NCBI RefSeq assembly: GCF_006345805.1
Contig: NC_043007.1
Span: 46,314,001-46,378,000 of the forward strand
From: Octopus sinensis
Lineage: Eukaryota
Reading direction: 5' to 3'
Length of the DNA: 64,000 bases
Position 1 is the stretch's first letter. Every line of letters begins with the position of its first letter. Positions 40,199 to 54,726 of the stretch are shown here, piece by piece. The notes under the pieces were generated by a model. The model ran no database searches. It was not told the DNA's origin and worked only from the letters and a program-made list of their open reading frames with translations. A program made the translations under genes and the position numbers.

Positions 40199-40413
40199 TT
40201 ATGGCAAGTGAATAATTGTCACATATATTACAGCTAAATTCCGTTATTTACATAATATTTAGGTCCCATTCATTCTTTTGTTTTCATACCATTTCTGGCA
40301 GAACTAGGAGTATTTACTCCTATTTCTAGCAATGTAGGTCATACCACACACTTTACTTACATTTACTGAGGATTGAATGTTTACTTTATGGTGTTGTACC
40401 CTGCTGTATATTC

Positions 40414-40454
<41 letters not shown>

Positions 40455-40461
40455 ACATATA

Positions 40462-40521
<60 letters not shown>

Positions 40522-40576
40522 CGTATAATATATATATATATAATATATATATATACAATATATATAATATATAATA

Positions 40577-40776
40577 CTTTATTTAAAGCAGCAGAAAATT
40601 CAACAAAATCTGTTATTCTGAGTTTCTCGTTGCCGTTCATCAGACAGTTTTTGTTAGAATGGAACCGATATATCAATTGATATATCAGTTCCATTCTAAC
40701 AAAAACTGTCTGTTGAACGGCAACGAGAAACTCAGAATAACAGATTTTGTTGAATTTTCTGCTGCTTTAAATAAAG
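40577..40776. repeat. 200-bp palindrome with a hammerhead-like motif in each arm
   Basis: 100-bp arms centred on CAATTG, 2 mismatches. Left arm (-, 40610-40647): CTGT-CTGATGA-ACGGCAACGA-GAAA-CTCAGAA-TA-ACAG. Right arm has CTGTTGA. Confidence 0.9.
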
Positions 40777-40871
40777 CATATTACTCTACCACTGGTATTT
40801 GAGTACTCTTTTTTTCCACCTTGTTTCACATTTATGTGTTTACTCCGGTATATATATATATATATATATAT

Positions 40872-40973
<102 letters not shown>

Positions 40974-41159
40974 ATATATATATATATATATGGATACGCA
41001 TATATGGGTCCAGGACACCACCTACAGCAAACAACATGACTTACGAAAAGAAATCGGTTAAATACGTAAACGACAGACAAAACATGGAGAACCGGACAAA
41101 TAACACAAAAAGCGGCCCTACCATGAATACCAAAATAGAATTTAGGATTTACAGTAGGT

Positions 41160-43925
41160 CAAATTTGTGTGTGTTGTGTCTTATCTAGTTCATGGATTCC
41201 TAAGTATTTTTAAGTTTGGCTTTGGTCTAATACATTTAATTCATTGGTTTTATCTAGTGTGATGTTGCTACTCTTAACTAGTTTTCCTCTTTTCAGGGTT
41301 ACTTTGGCGCATTTCTCTAATCCAAATTTCATATCTATTTCTTCGGTAAATCCATGAATTGTCTTTATTAGTGTTTCCAGCTGTTTGTCATTTGTAGCGT
41401 ATAGTTTTAGGTCATCCATATATAAAAGGTGGCTGATCGTTTTGCCGTAACATTTATATCCGCATCCAGTTCTGTTCAGCATATCTGATAGAGGTGACAG
41501 TGCCAAGCAGAAAAGGAGTGGAAAGAGCGTATCTCCCTGGAATATTCCTCTTCTAATGGGGATGGCTTTGGTTTTCACAAAAGTCCCTCTTTTGTTTGGG
41601 GCTGTAGCACTGTCTGCCATTTATTCATACAGTGTCCTATGTATTTTATAATTGTTGGTGCTACTTTGTTAATGGCTAGTGTTTCGGGGATCCATGTGTG
41701 GGGGATGCTATCAAACACCTTTTTGTAGTCGATCCAGGCCATACCGAGGCCTTTCTTCTTTCTGTGGCTGTCTTCAGTTATGGCTTTATTTATCATTAGT
41801 TGATCCTTTACAGCCATATGAGCCTTTGCGGCATCCTTTCTATTCTTCTGGAAACAGGTTGTTTTCGTCCAGGTGCTTGTTCAATCTTTGCGATATCACT
41901 GCAGTAAATGCCTTGTACATTGTAGGGAGACAGGATATAGGTCTGTAGTTTTCTGGTTTTGCTGTCTCATTTGATTTGGGAATTAAGATGGTTTTCCCCT
42001 TCGTGAGCCATTCAGGCATTGTCTCTTGCTCTGCTAGTATGTTGTGAAGGTTTTCAGCCAGATTTTGTGCATTCCTGTTAGATATTTCAACCAGAAGTTG
42101 GGGATCTTGTCATGCCCAGGTGCCTTCCAGTTGCTTCGTCTTTGTAGTGCCTGGGTGACCTCTTCAGTTGTTATGGGGGTCCAAAGTTCCTCAGATGCTG
42201 AGTTTGTTGTTTTAATACTCCTTGTTTTTGGTTGTTCGTTCGCCGACCATATTTCTCTCCAGAATTCTTCCACTACTTCTGCTGTTGGTGCTGCATTGAT
42301 TTCTATTTTATTTTTGCCAAGTTCTTGTTAGAACTTTTGGGGGTTGGAGTTGAACTGTTTGTTTTGTTCAAAGAAACGTTGGCGTTTCTCGTACCAGCGG
42401 AAACTTTGTGCTTTGGCAAGGATGCCTTGCTTTAGCTTTTTTTAAATCTTTTTCTGTGATGTTATATTTGCGGAGTATTTTTGTTTTCTTTTTATTTGCT
42501 CAGTAGCGTTGATTGTCTACTGATTTCATTAAGAATCGACAGATCTTTTCTCAATTTTTGTATTTTGTTTTGGATGTTATTTATCCACAGGGTTTGTTTG
42601 GGTGGCGGTACTCCTGCTTGGATGGGTTTGAGTGAGTATCCAACTTCTTTTGTGGCTGCAGTGGCTGCTGCGTTTACTAAGTCATTTAGCTCAGTGATAT
42701 CGCTTTTTTGTTTCAATGGCTATTAGTTCCGTGACGGCTAGGTTTATGCTGTTTATAATTGGTGTTGTTGTTTTGTCTATATTGATTTTTGGGAGGTATG
42801 GTCGGTGGTCCATTTTGAGCTCTGTGATTTTCATTCTTTGATTATTCTACTTTTTATAGTATCATAATTATTAGGCTCCCCTTCGTTGTTTCCAGGATTT
42901 AGATTTGTGTCGCTTCCTTTCTGATTTGTATGTTTGTTTGTCGTGTTTTGGCTTGCTGTTTGTCGTGTATTATTATGCATCCTTACGGTCTGGGTTTGTT
43001 GTTTTTGGTCTACATCGGTTTTGTTGGAAATGTTACGTTTGTCTTCATGTTTTACTGTTTCAGTGTTTATATTATTTGGCATTGTTGTGTGGCTTCTATC
43101 TACATTTTCCTGATGTATTTTTTTTTAAATGTTCTATTTCTATTCCTGATATTTTTTTAGCGTTGAGAATATATCTAGGTATAGTTGCTAGTTTATTAGG
43201 ATTCATTGCTGTATCCAGGTCTTTATTTATGTTATTTTTCTTCCATATTTTATATGTATATGTTGTTGTGTTTTCGCTCTTTGGGTAGAGCACTGCTGTA
43301 AAGTAAGCGTGTAGGATTGAAATATATTCCTCACGTGTCCATTTATGCCTTTTTGGCTTTATTTGCGGGGCATCAGGAACAGCGTCCGGCCCATTATTTT
43401 GTCGGTCGTCATTTTCGTAGGGTATCGGTCCGTTCATTTCTGTTGTCACATTGTTTTGCACGTGTAGTTTTTCGTACATTTTATGTTGTAAGTTTAATGT
43501 ACGTACTCCCCGATTTTTATTCTTGGGTTGAATAATACCGGTATTATTTAACTTATTCGTAGTTCTTTTGTACATGGTGTATGGGGCCGGAGTCGATCTG
43601 GTGTTAATGGATCGTAATGTATCACGCATGTTTACATGTGTTGTGTTAGAGGTAGAGATGATATCGAGTTAAAATACATCATTTCGTTTTGAAAATAATA
43701 ATAAATTTCAATGAGTATTATTATCTCGGATATAGTCCAATCTTTTGTCAGTTATTTTTTAGCTCCATGCGATGTCTTTGTTTCCGATGTTTGTGGATAG
43801 ATTTCGGAGCACTGTTTTATCGCCCTCACATGTTAAACGTCCCCGGTGTTCCGTTAAACGTCCCCGGTGTTCTGTTCGTTAAACGTCCCAGGTGTTCCTG
43901 TTCGTTAAACGTCCCCGGTGTTCTT
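41160..43925 (-). mobile_element. R4/Dong-type LINE, 5' two-thirds (3'-truncated)
   Basis: N-terminal KRHKWTREE; NWKAPGHDKIPNFWLK, WIDYKKVFDSIPHTW, GIFQGDTLFPLLF and YMDDLKLY. Upstream are (GAA)n/(TAA)n tracts. Confidence 0.93.
43832..43923. repeat. Four copies of a 20-bp unit GTTAAACGTCCCCGGTGTTC at the LINE 5' end
   Basis: Starts at 43832, 43853, 43878 and 43904, with 1-6 nt spacers. Confidence 0.9.
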
Positions 43926-43960
43926 CTTCTTCTTCTCTTCTTCTTCTTCTTCTTCTTCTT

Positions 43961-44059
<99 letters not shown>

Positions 44060-44084
44060 ATTATTATTATTATTATTATTACTT

Positions 44085-44476
<392 letters not shown>

Positions 44477-44658
44477 CATTATTTAATTTACACCACGTAT
44501 CCATTTCGAAGTAAGTTTATCTTAACCTTTTTGATGCAACTTTACTCTATACTGTTTTCTAACCCATCGTTCTCTAATTGTTTACTGTTGATGACGTCCT
44601 GTACCTGTATATGCATATATATATTATTCCTTAATTGAACGCCATGTTTTATGTATAT

Positions 44659-44705
<47 letters not shown>

Positions 44706-46098
44706 AATAACGAAGGCAGTTAGATGCAATAAAAAACCAAATCTGTCTGTGTGTTTGTATGTTTGTGATATATTTGTATAAAGATATATGATTATTCACT
44801 TCTCCCTGTCCACTGATATTCTGTGTATAAATTCATTATTCTAAATAGCTTTCTAAAATCGAAACGCCTTATTTACGAAACTAAAATAAAACCATCAGCC
44901 ATTTTGATTAAGATATTACTGAAGCGTTAGTGGAATTCACATTTTATAGAGAGCTAGTTGATTTGGGGCTGGTCTATAGATTGCGAAGGTGGATTGTTTC
45001 TTGTAGCTCGCCGCAGGTTGTGTGCTTTGTTTCACGTTAATCTACTGAATCGTATGGAAAGAACAAAAATCATAAACCCAGTGCTAATGACGCCACTCTC
45101 ATTGCAGCAGTCGCATCGTACATGTTTCGTTGGATCAAGATCGGAAGGAACAATAAAGTGTGTACGACCGATCACAATTACATTCACACCTAAGACAACA
45201 GACAGGAAACACGTATAAAATGTCAGAATGGATAAAATCTCAATCACGATTATTTCGCTAAGACTGTTAAAATTTATATTGCCTGTTCATCGAAACATTA
45301 TACTGCAAGACAGTCATATAATTATGTCCAGTGTATTTAATAAAGTTTAATTATATATGAAGTATTGGATATTATACCATAGCATTGCAGACATAAAATT
45401 GACTGCACTGGCAAACATAACGATAATCAGAAACGCATGGAAATGGATAAATACATCGAAACACATCAAGAATGATAAATGTAGCGATAGGAAGAAATAA
45501 AAAAAAATAAAAAAAACTGCAGTTCTCACACAGCTAATACTTATTTGTTGTACAGAAATACAACGTGAAGGAGAGTATACAAGATAACAAATAAATAAAT
45601 TGTACGTCAGTGATGAAAAGACTTGCGGTTTCAGTTTTGCAAAAATATCTTGGGGAATCTATTAATCTTGTGGCATTTCATACAGGAAAATATTGTTGAA
45701 TAGATTGTATAGATATAAACACAAATATAATCGAGAAACGAAATGGATTTAATATGAAAACAAATTGTAAGTAAAAGGATATTTGAAATAAAGAAAGAAG
45801 GAAAGAAAATAAGAAAGAAAGGGAAAAGTAAGAACGAAAGACACATTAAGAAAGTTTTAAAGAAAAAGAGAAACAAGTGAATGCGACAAGAAAAGAAACA
45901 AAAAAAAATATCGGTTAGTATCACATTATTATTGAGGATAATTTGCAAGCCCTCTTCTCTGATTTTTCGAAATTGAACAAGGATAGTTTAAAGGTTCACT
46001 ATAAATTTCAAACGTTATCTTCATTACTATTAGATTGCCGGATGGAAAATGATGTTAATGGTGAGTATATTCCTGACTTGTGGATCAACGGTGTAGCA

Positions 46099-46380
46099 CA
46101 GTGGTTCCCAAACATTTTCGGTCTGCTGCCCCTTGACACCGAGCGCTGCCGCCGGAACTAACTGTCACAAACATAGACCTCTCTCTGAAGCTAATTCAAA
46201 TCAACTGTATTTCACAAATAAAACTTAACCCAATGAATCCATTATTTTGTTGTACATGATTCGCTCCCCCATTCTCGCCCCAATTGTTACATGAATCGCT
46301 ACCCCATTACACTCCCATTTTCCTTCAACGCCTCCTTGAAACTTTCTACCGCTCCCAGTGGGGGCAATACCACACACTGG
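46099..46380. mobile_element. hAT-like MITE remnant
   Basis: Terminus CAGTGGTTCCCAAAC; only a partial opposite end (GGGGGCAATACC). Confidence 0.5.
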
Positions 46381-46449
46381 TGTAGAATCTCGTTGATAAT
46401 ACTCAGCAGTAAATATATCCCAGATGCACAGCTGGTCCTGACACATAAG

Positions 46450-46488
<39 letters not shown>

Positions 46489-47040
46489 CATATTAACGAA
46501 AGCGACTAGATGCAGTATAAAACCTGTCTCTGTCACTCCCCTCTCGCCCTCTCCCTCACTCTCTCTCTCTTCCGCTCTGTCTTTGTCTCTCTCTCTCTCT
46601 CCCTCTCTCCCCTCTCTCTCTATATATATATACATATACAGATAAAGAGAGCGAGAGAGGGGGAGAGGAGAGAAAGAAAACGTGTGAGAGATTGACAGAC
46701 AGACAAAAAGGCAGGCAGAGGGCGTTGGTGTAAGGTAATTGATGAATATGTATTTCGAACAAAAATAGATATCTTATATTGAAAATGTAGAAATCTTTAT
46801 TTCAGAACAATGGTAGACAATCTATTCATCTAGATATCTTGAAATTGTATAGAGCTTGACATTCCTTCAATGACAAACTCGTTGTCAGAATCAAGTATTT
46901 CTTGTGTATGTTTCACTAAACACCTGCGATGGCATGTATCTACCTAGCCATTTTAATGTGGGTGAAGCGTATCTCCCAACAACAATGCCCTTGGCGTAAT
47001 AGTGTAGTCGATTCAAATTAATAGAGCAAAGTGATCATAT

Positions 47041-47248
47041 TCTTTTCTACTCTAGGCACAAGGCCCGAAATCTTTGAGGAAGGGGCCAGTCGACTAGATC
47101 GACCCCAGTACGCAACTGGTACTTAATTTATCGACCCCGAAAGGATGAAAGACAAAGTCAACCTCAGCGGAATTTGAACTCGGAACGTAGCGGCAGACGA
47201 AATACTGCTAAGCATTTTGCCCGGCGTTCAAACGTTTCTGCCAGCTCA
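47041..47248 (-). mobile_element. SINE (same family as 8331)
   Basis: Reverse complement starts GAGCTGGCAGAAACGTT...TGCTTAGCAGTATTTCGTC. Confidence 0.8.
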
Positions 47249-47978
47249 AACCACAAAACTCTCCTGGTTCTAGTCCTGCGTGTTCTACTAAGGGCATTTT
47301 CGTTTTGCTATACTGTATCTTCTCCGAGAATCCTTTGTTTCTTAGTGCGTCATTATCGTACGGCGCGGCATTACGAAATGCCGTCTCATCTGAAGATATT
47401 GATGATATGATCCTTCCTATTTTGCTAAGTATATTCTGGGGGATTGCAAGTGGGTAATTGAACCTTCCACCATCTATAAACTGCCTAACGCTTCAATATA
47501 TTTAAACGTATCCCTACGCCAACTATGAATTTTATAGATGGCATTTTGCCTGCCGCATCTTTTAACGATAATTTTAAACGTATGCCCAGAAATAAGACTA
47601 ATCACACGTCCATTTTCCTTTTTTTTTGTTAAGGATATCCAAAGTTCTCATTATTTTTCATATTAATATTTATCAAATTATACTCTCCCTATTTAATTCT
47701 GGAAATGATTTCTGTTCTATTATTTTATTGCTTTATTGTTGTGTTGTGTATTCCTTGTCTTAAAGAACACATATAGTTAGACTTGCAAGTCTGGAAGAAA
47801 ATCCATTAATTTATACTCGCATTACATAGAATAATGTATTTTGTACTCTAATTTTAATTTTATAACTGTATACTTTTAGATTTAATTTCCTTTTGTTTCA
47901 TCTTATTTCAAACATTAATGACCTACAAATTTTCTCTCCTAAATTGAAAGCTTCAGTCCTTGAAAAAATGTATAAACA

Positions 47979-49395
47979 CAGTAGAACATCGCCGTACAAG
48001 TATCACATTGTACGAGTAATTTGCTGTACGAGCTGAGGCTCGTGCAAATTTTTCGTCTGAAAGTACGAGTGGAAATCCACAGTACGAGCGAGTTTCATAC
48101 AAGCGACCGCTAGTCAGCGCTGAGCTCGCAAACGCACTACCAACAAGCGCAGCTTTTGCTCAGTGCACGTGTTTATATCGTCGCAATATCCTTGCTGTGT
48201 CTTTACCAGTGCTATTTTGGTTTTGGGAGTTTTTGGTATTATGTTATAATAATTGCTTGTTTTAGCCATTTGTCCTAAGAAGGTTAGTGCAAAGGTCAGT
48301 GCTGAGAAGGAAAAGCTGATTACGATAGAATTGAAGGAAGACATCAGCGTGCATATTTAAGGCCAGTCGTGACTGGTTCGATAATTTCAAGAATCGGACT
48401 GTTGTTCATAGCATCGGCGGGTATGGAGAAGCAGTGAGTTCTGACAAGAAGGCAGCTGAAGATTTTGAAAGCTAGACTAACTGTCTAATGCGAGTGGAAA
48501 CTTGAAAATTAAGTTGCTCGTCGTGTACCATTCCGAAAACCCACGAGCGTTCTAGTCGCACAAAATCTTGAAGGAGAAGCTGAAGGTCACGTGGAGAGAG
48601 CAACCACAGTAAAACCTTGGTCACCAGGCAATTGTTCGCCGTGTGGGTCAACCTTATATTCGGACCAGCAGTGAAAAAAGTACCATCTGGAGAATGTTTC
48701 TCTGAAGGCCTCCTCATCTTCGACAATGCTCCTACTCACCTTCTTAACTTCGAAGATGATATTCTGGCCGAATTTAAATTCATAATTCATAAAAGCTCTA
48801 TACCTTTCACGCAACACCACTCCTATCTTGCAACCCATGGGCCAACAGGTGATTTCTAATTTTAGGAAATCGTTCACCAAACACCTGTTTCGTCAGTGCA
48901 TTGTAGACACCGAAAATACAAATCTAATCGTTCGTGAATTTTGGAAGGAGTATTACAACATTGTTAACTGCCTGAAAATCATAGACATGGTCTGGCAGAA
49001 TGTAACGAGGAGAACGCTGAATCCTGCATGGAGGAAACTGGCCTGACTGCGTGTAAGAAAGAGACTCCATGGGTTTTGAGTCTGAGACACCTGTAGTCGA
49101 GTGTCTCTTGGCAAGACCATAAGCCTCGAGGTTGAGAAGGGGGATAAACAATCTCGTCGAGGAATACTAAAATCAGCTGACAACAGATGAACTCCTGCAG
49201 CTTCATGAGCATTAGCATTACTATACGGTGGAAGTGATAGGTTCCCCGGGGGAGGACAGTGTAACGGAAAAGGCTATCTCTACGAGTGATATAAAATCAG
49301 TGTTGGCAAAGTGGCAGTATGTTTCTGAATCTGTAGAAAAATATCCTGAAAAAGTAGGCACAGGTCTTGCAGGACACTTTATTTGATGACACTGA
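47979..49395 (+). mobile_element. Tigger/pogo DNA transposon relic
   Basis: Left end CAGTAGAACATCG; VYHSENPRAF, VTRQLFAVWVNLIFGPAVKK, LLIFDNAPTH and LQPMGQQVISNFRK. Confidence 0.9.
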
Positions 49396-49656
49396 GCAAA
49401 GAATCACTACCGCACTAGAGACAGTTACCCAAGACGTGCAGCAGCATGTTTGGGTGGAGCTGGACTACGGACTTGACGTTTGGTGTATCTCAGTCGTTAC
49501 ACATATTGGACATTTGTGAAATCGTTCATAGAATCCACATACTTTTGAATTTCTCATTCAAGTTCGGAGGAATAAATCTTATGTCACACAACATTAAGCC
49601 TGTTCAGTTTCACTTGCTTTAACTATGTTGTTTCTGCGATATTTACATCTCAAATG

Positions 49657-49711
<55 letters not shown>

Positions 49712-50328
49712 CAAGTATAATCATTGCAGGGAAAGAAAAGATTCATATAACTTTTATGTATATATGTATGTGCATGTGTATATTTATAATTGTTATTCTG
49801 TCATTACTTTACTGAAACCGATGTCATTCTCAGGAATCTGATGCTGATTCTTTGTTACTTTGCTTAGGATAACCGACAACTGAATACAATGAGTTTTCTT
49901 TAAAATTCCAGAAGAAAGTAGAAAACACGGAAGTTTACAAATTTTTTCTTAATAGAACATTTACACATCTGTTTTAATACATCTAAAGCACTAATACGAA
50001 ATATGTTCGTACACATTGATTTCCTGACGTAAATGTCCAAGCAACCTATTCGTACAATTACTTGTATGTATAAATATTTTGACAGGCTTAGAATATCACA
50101 TTTTATTTCCAATTTCCTTTCGGGAGAATACAAAATCATGATGGCATTTACTAGAGCATTTCTCCAACAAACAATATCGTAAATCATATACAAGTAAATA
50201 TATATATATATATATATATACATAAATGCCTCACACTAGGAGGGACAGAGTCATTACTACCAAAATTATACTAATCATACCCAAATGCAGTTTTTCAAAG
50301 CAAAGCAAGACATTTAAAAATGAATTAT

Positions 50329-50384
50329 GTTCTGTATCACCGTGATTTCACATACAACTTGCGTCTAATGATCGTCAGCAGAAC
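50329..50384 (-). ncRNA. Type I hammerhead ribozyme motif, monomer 1
   Basis: Minus strand GTTCTG-CTGACGA-TCATTAGAC(GCAA)GTTGTATGT-GAAA-TCA(CGG)TGA-TA-CAGAAC. Confidence 0.85.
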
Positions 50385-50803
50385 TGATTCTGAATACATC
50401 ATAAATAAACTAACCTTACGTAGCGAAGACGAACAGACAACTCTGCTCTCCGGCCAAGCACATGGAATGTCTATAAATCATATATCCGGTAAATGGCGGG
50501 CTTTTTACGAACTGCATGTCGGGTAATGAAAAGTATTTCGGAATAAGTTTAACAATTAAGGATAATCTCTTAATAAGGGATCTTAACAAGAAATTATCAG
50601 GTAGCTAGCGTGAAAACCTCATAAAAGAAAAGAATCCGAAAATAATTTTTTCTTCTGAACAAATTAATTATATCTATATTGTATAGAGGGCATTATTACA
50701 CATAAATGCCTCACACTAGGAGGGACAGAGTCATTACTACCAAAATTATACTAATCATACCCAAATGCAGTTTTTCAAAGCAAGACATTTAAAAATGAAT
50801 TAT

Positions 50804-50859
50804 GTTCTGTATCACCGTGATTTCACATACAACTTGCGTCTAATGATCGTCAGCAGAAC
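50804..50859 (-). ncRNA. Type I hammerhead ribozyme motif, monomer 2 (same motif in monomers 3-9; altered in monomer 10)
   Basis: Same 56-nt motif; predicted AUA cleavage between 50810 and 50809. Confidence 0.85.
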
Positions 50860-53800
50860 TGATTCTGAATACATCATAAATAAACTAACCTTACGTAGCG
50901 AAGACGAACAGACAACTGCTCTCTCCGGCCAAGCACATGGAATGTTTATAAATCATATATCCGGTAAATGGCGGGCTTTTTACGAACTGCATGTCGGGTA
51001 ATGAAAAGTATTTCGGAATAAGTTTAACAATTAAGGATAATCTCTTAATAAGGGATCTTAACAAGAAATTATCAGGTAGCTAGCGTGAAAACCTCATAAA
51101 AGAAAAGAATCCGAAAATAATTTTTTTCTTCTGAACAAATTAATTATATCTATATTGTATAGAGGGCATTATTACATAAATGCCTCACACTAGGAGGGAC
51201 AGAGTCATTACTACCAAAATTATACTAATCATACCCAAATGCAGTTTTTCAAAGCAAGACATTTAAAAATGAATTATGTTCTGTATCACCGTGATTTCAC
51301 ATACAACTTGCGTCTAATGATCGTCAGCAGAACTGATTCTGAATACATCATAAATAAACTAACCTTACGTAGCGAAGACGAACAGACAACTGCTCTCCGG
51401 CCAAGCACATGGAATGTTTATAAATCATATATCCGGTAAATGGCGGGCTTTTTACGAACTGCATGTCGGGTAATGAAAAGTATTTCGGAATAAGTTTAAC
51501 AATTAAGGATAATCTCTTAATAAGGGATCTTAACAAGAAATTATCAGGTAGCTAGCGTGAAAACCTCATAAAAGAAAAGAATCCGAAAATAATTTTTTCT
51601 TCTGAACAAATTAATTATATCTATATTGTATAGAGGGCATTATTACACATAAATGCCTCACACTAGGAGGGACAGAGTCATTACTACCAAAATTATACTA
51701 ATCATACCCAAATGCAGTTTTTCAAAGCAAGACATTTAAAAATGAATTATGTTCTGTATCACCGTGATTTCACATACAACTTGCGTCTAATGATCGTCAG
51801 CAGAACTGATTCTGAATACATCATAAATAAACTAACCTTACGTAGCGAAGACGAACAGACAACTGCTCTCTCCGGCCAAGCACATGGAATGTTATAAATC
51901 ATATATCCGGTAAATGGCGGGCTTTTTACGAACTGCATGTCGGGTAATGAAAAGTATTTCGGAATAAGTTTAACAATTAAGGATAATCTCTTAATAAGGG
52001 ATCTTAACAAGAAATTATCAGGTAGCTAGCGTGAAAACCTCATAAAAGAAAAGAATCCGAAAATAATTTTTTCTTCTGAACAAATTAATTATATCTATAT
52101 TGTATAGAGGGCATTATTACACATAAATGCCTCACACTAGGAGGGACAGAGTCATTACTACCAAAATTATACTAATCATACCCAAATGCAGTTTTTCAAA
52201 GCAAGACATTTAAAAATGAATTATGTTCTGTATCACCGTGATTTCACATACAACTTGCGTCTAATGATCGTCAGCAGAACTGATTCTGAATACATCATAA
52301 ATAAACTAACCTTACGTAGCGAAGACGAACAGACAACTGCTCTCTCCGGCCAAGCACATGGAATGTTTATAAATCATATATCCGGTAAATGGCGGGCTTT
52401 TTACGAACTGCATGTCGGGTAATGAAAAGTATTCGGAATAAGTTTAACAATTAAGGATAATCTCTTAATAAGGGATCTTAACAAGAAATTATCGGGTAGC
52501 TAGCGTGAAAACCTCATAAAAGAAAAGAATCCGAAAATAATTTTTTTCTTTGAACAAATTAATTATATCTATATTGTATATAGAGGGCATTATTACACAT
52601 AAATGCCTCACACTAGGAGGGACGGAGTCATTACTACCAAAATTATACTAATCATACCCAAATGCAGTTTTTCAAAGCAAGACATTTAAAAATGAATTAT
52701 GTTCTGTATCACCGTGATTTCACATACAACTTGCGTCTAATGATCGTCAGCAGAACTGATTCTGAATACATCATAAATAAACTAACCTTACGTAGCGAAG
52801 ACGAACAGACAACTGCTCTCTCCGGCCAAGCACATGGAATGTTTATAAATCATATATCCGGTAAATGCGGGGCTTTTTACGAACTGCATGTCGGGTAATG
52901 AAAAGTATTTCGGAATAAGTTTAACAATTAAGGAATAATCTTAATAAGGGATCTTAACAAGAAATTATCAGGTAGCTAGCGTGAAAACCTCATAAAAGAA
53001 AAGAATCCGAAAATAATTTTTTTCTTCTGAACAAATTAATTATATCTATATTGTATAGAGGGCATTATTACACATAAATGCCTCACACTAGGAGGGACAG
53101 AGTCATTACTACCAAAATTATACTAATCATACCCAAATGCAGTTTTTCAAAGCAAGACATTTAAAAATGAATTATGTTCTGTATCACCGTGATTTCACAT
53201 ACAACTTGCGTCTAATGATCGTCAGCAGAACTGATTCTGAATACATCATAAATAAACTAACCTTACGTAGCGAAGACGAACAGACAACTGCTCTCTCCGG
53301 CCAAGCACATGGAATGTTATAAATCATATATCCGGTAAATGGCGGGCTTTTTACGAACTGCATGTCGGGTAATGAAAAGTATTTCGGAATAAGTTTAACA
53401 ATTAAGGATAATCTCTTAATAAGGATCTTAACAAGAAATTATCAGGTAGCTAGCGTGAAAACCTCATAAAAGAAAAGAATCCGAAAATAATAATTTTTTT
53501 TTCTGAACAAATTAATTATATCTATATTGTATAGAGGGCATTATTACACATAAATGCCTCACACTAGGAGGGACAGAGTCATTACTACCAAAATTATACT
53601 AATCATACCCAAATGCAGTTTTTCAAAGCAAGACATTTAAAAATGAATTATGTTCTGTATCACCGTGATTTCACATACAACTTGCGTCTAATGATCGTCA
53701 GCAGAACTGATTCTGAATACATCATAAATAAACTAACCTTACGTAGCGAAGACGACAAAGACAACCTCTTCCGGCCAAGCACATGGAATGTTTATAAATC

Positions 53801-54726
53801 ATATATCCGGTAAATGGCGGGCTTTTTACGAACTGCATGTCGGGTAATGAAAAGTATTTCGGAATAAGTTAACAATTAAGGATAATCTCTTAATAAGGGA
53901 TCTTAACAAGAAATTATCAGGTAGCTAGCGTGAAAACCTCATAAAAGAAAAGAATCCGAAAATAATTTTTTCTTCTGAACAAATTAATTATATCTATTTG
54001 TATAGAGGGCATTATTACACATAAATGCCTCACACTAGGAGGGACAGAGTCATTACTACCAAAATTATACTAATCATACCCAAATGCAGTTTTTCAAAGC
54101 AAGACATTTAAAAATGAATTATGTTCTGTATCACCGTGATTTCACATACAACTTGCGTCTAATGATCGTCAGCAGAACTGATTCTGAATACATCATAAAT
54201 AAACTAACCTTACGTAGCGAAGACGAACAGACAACTGCTCTCTCCGGCCAAGCACATGGAATGTCATAAATCATATATCCGGTAAATGGCGGGCTTTTTA
54301 CGAACTGCATGTCGGGTAATGAAAAGTATTTCGGAATAGTTTTAACAATTAAGGATAATCTCTTAATAAGGGATCTTAACAAGAAATTATCAGGTAGCTA
54401 GCGTGAAAACCTCATAAAAGAAAAGAATCCGAAAATAATTTTTTTTTCTCTGAACAAATTAATATATCTATATTGTATAGAGGGCATTATTACACATAAA
54501 TGCCTCACACTAGGAGGGACAGAGTCATTACTACCAAAATTATACTAATCATACCCAAATGCAGTTTTTCAAAGCAAGACATTTAAAAATGAATTATGTA
54601 TTTGTCTGTATACCGTGATTTCACATACAACTTGCGTCTAATGATCGTCAGCAGAACTGATTCTGAATACATCATAATAAACTAACCTTACGTAGCGAAG
54701 ACGAACAGACAACTGCTCTCTCCGGC

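Larger units (their letters stand above)
50221..54726 (-). repeat. Tandem array of ~475-bp hammerhead-containing monomers (retrozyme-like), 9 full copies plus one half copy
   Basis: Units start (CATAAATGCC) at 50221, 50701, 51175, 51648, 52122, 52598, 53073, 53549, 54020 and 54495; they differ mainly by small indels. Confidence 0.97.
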
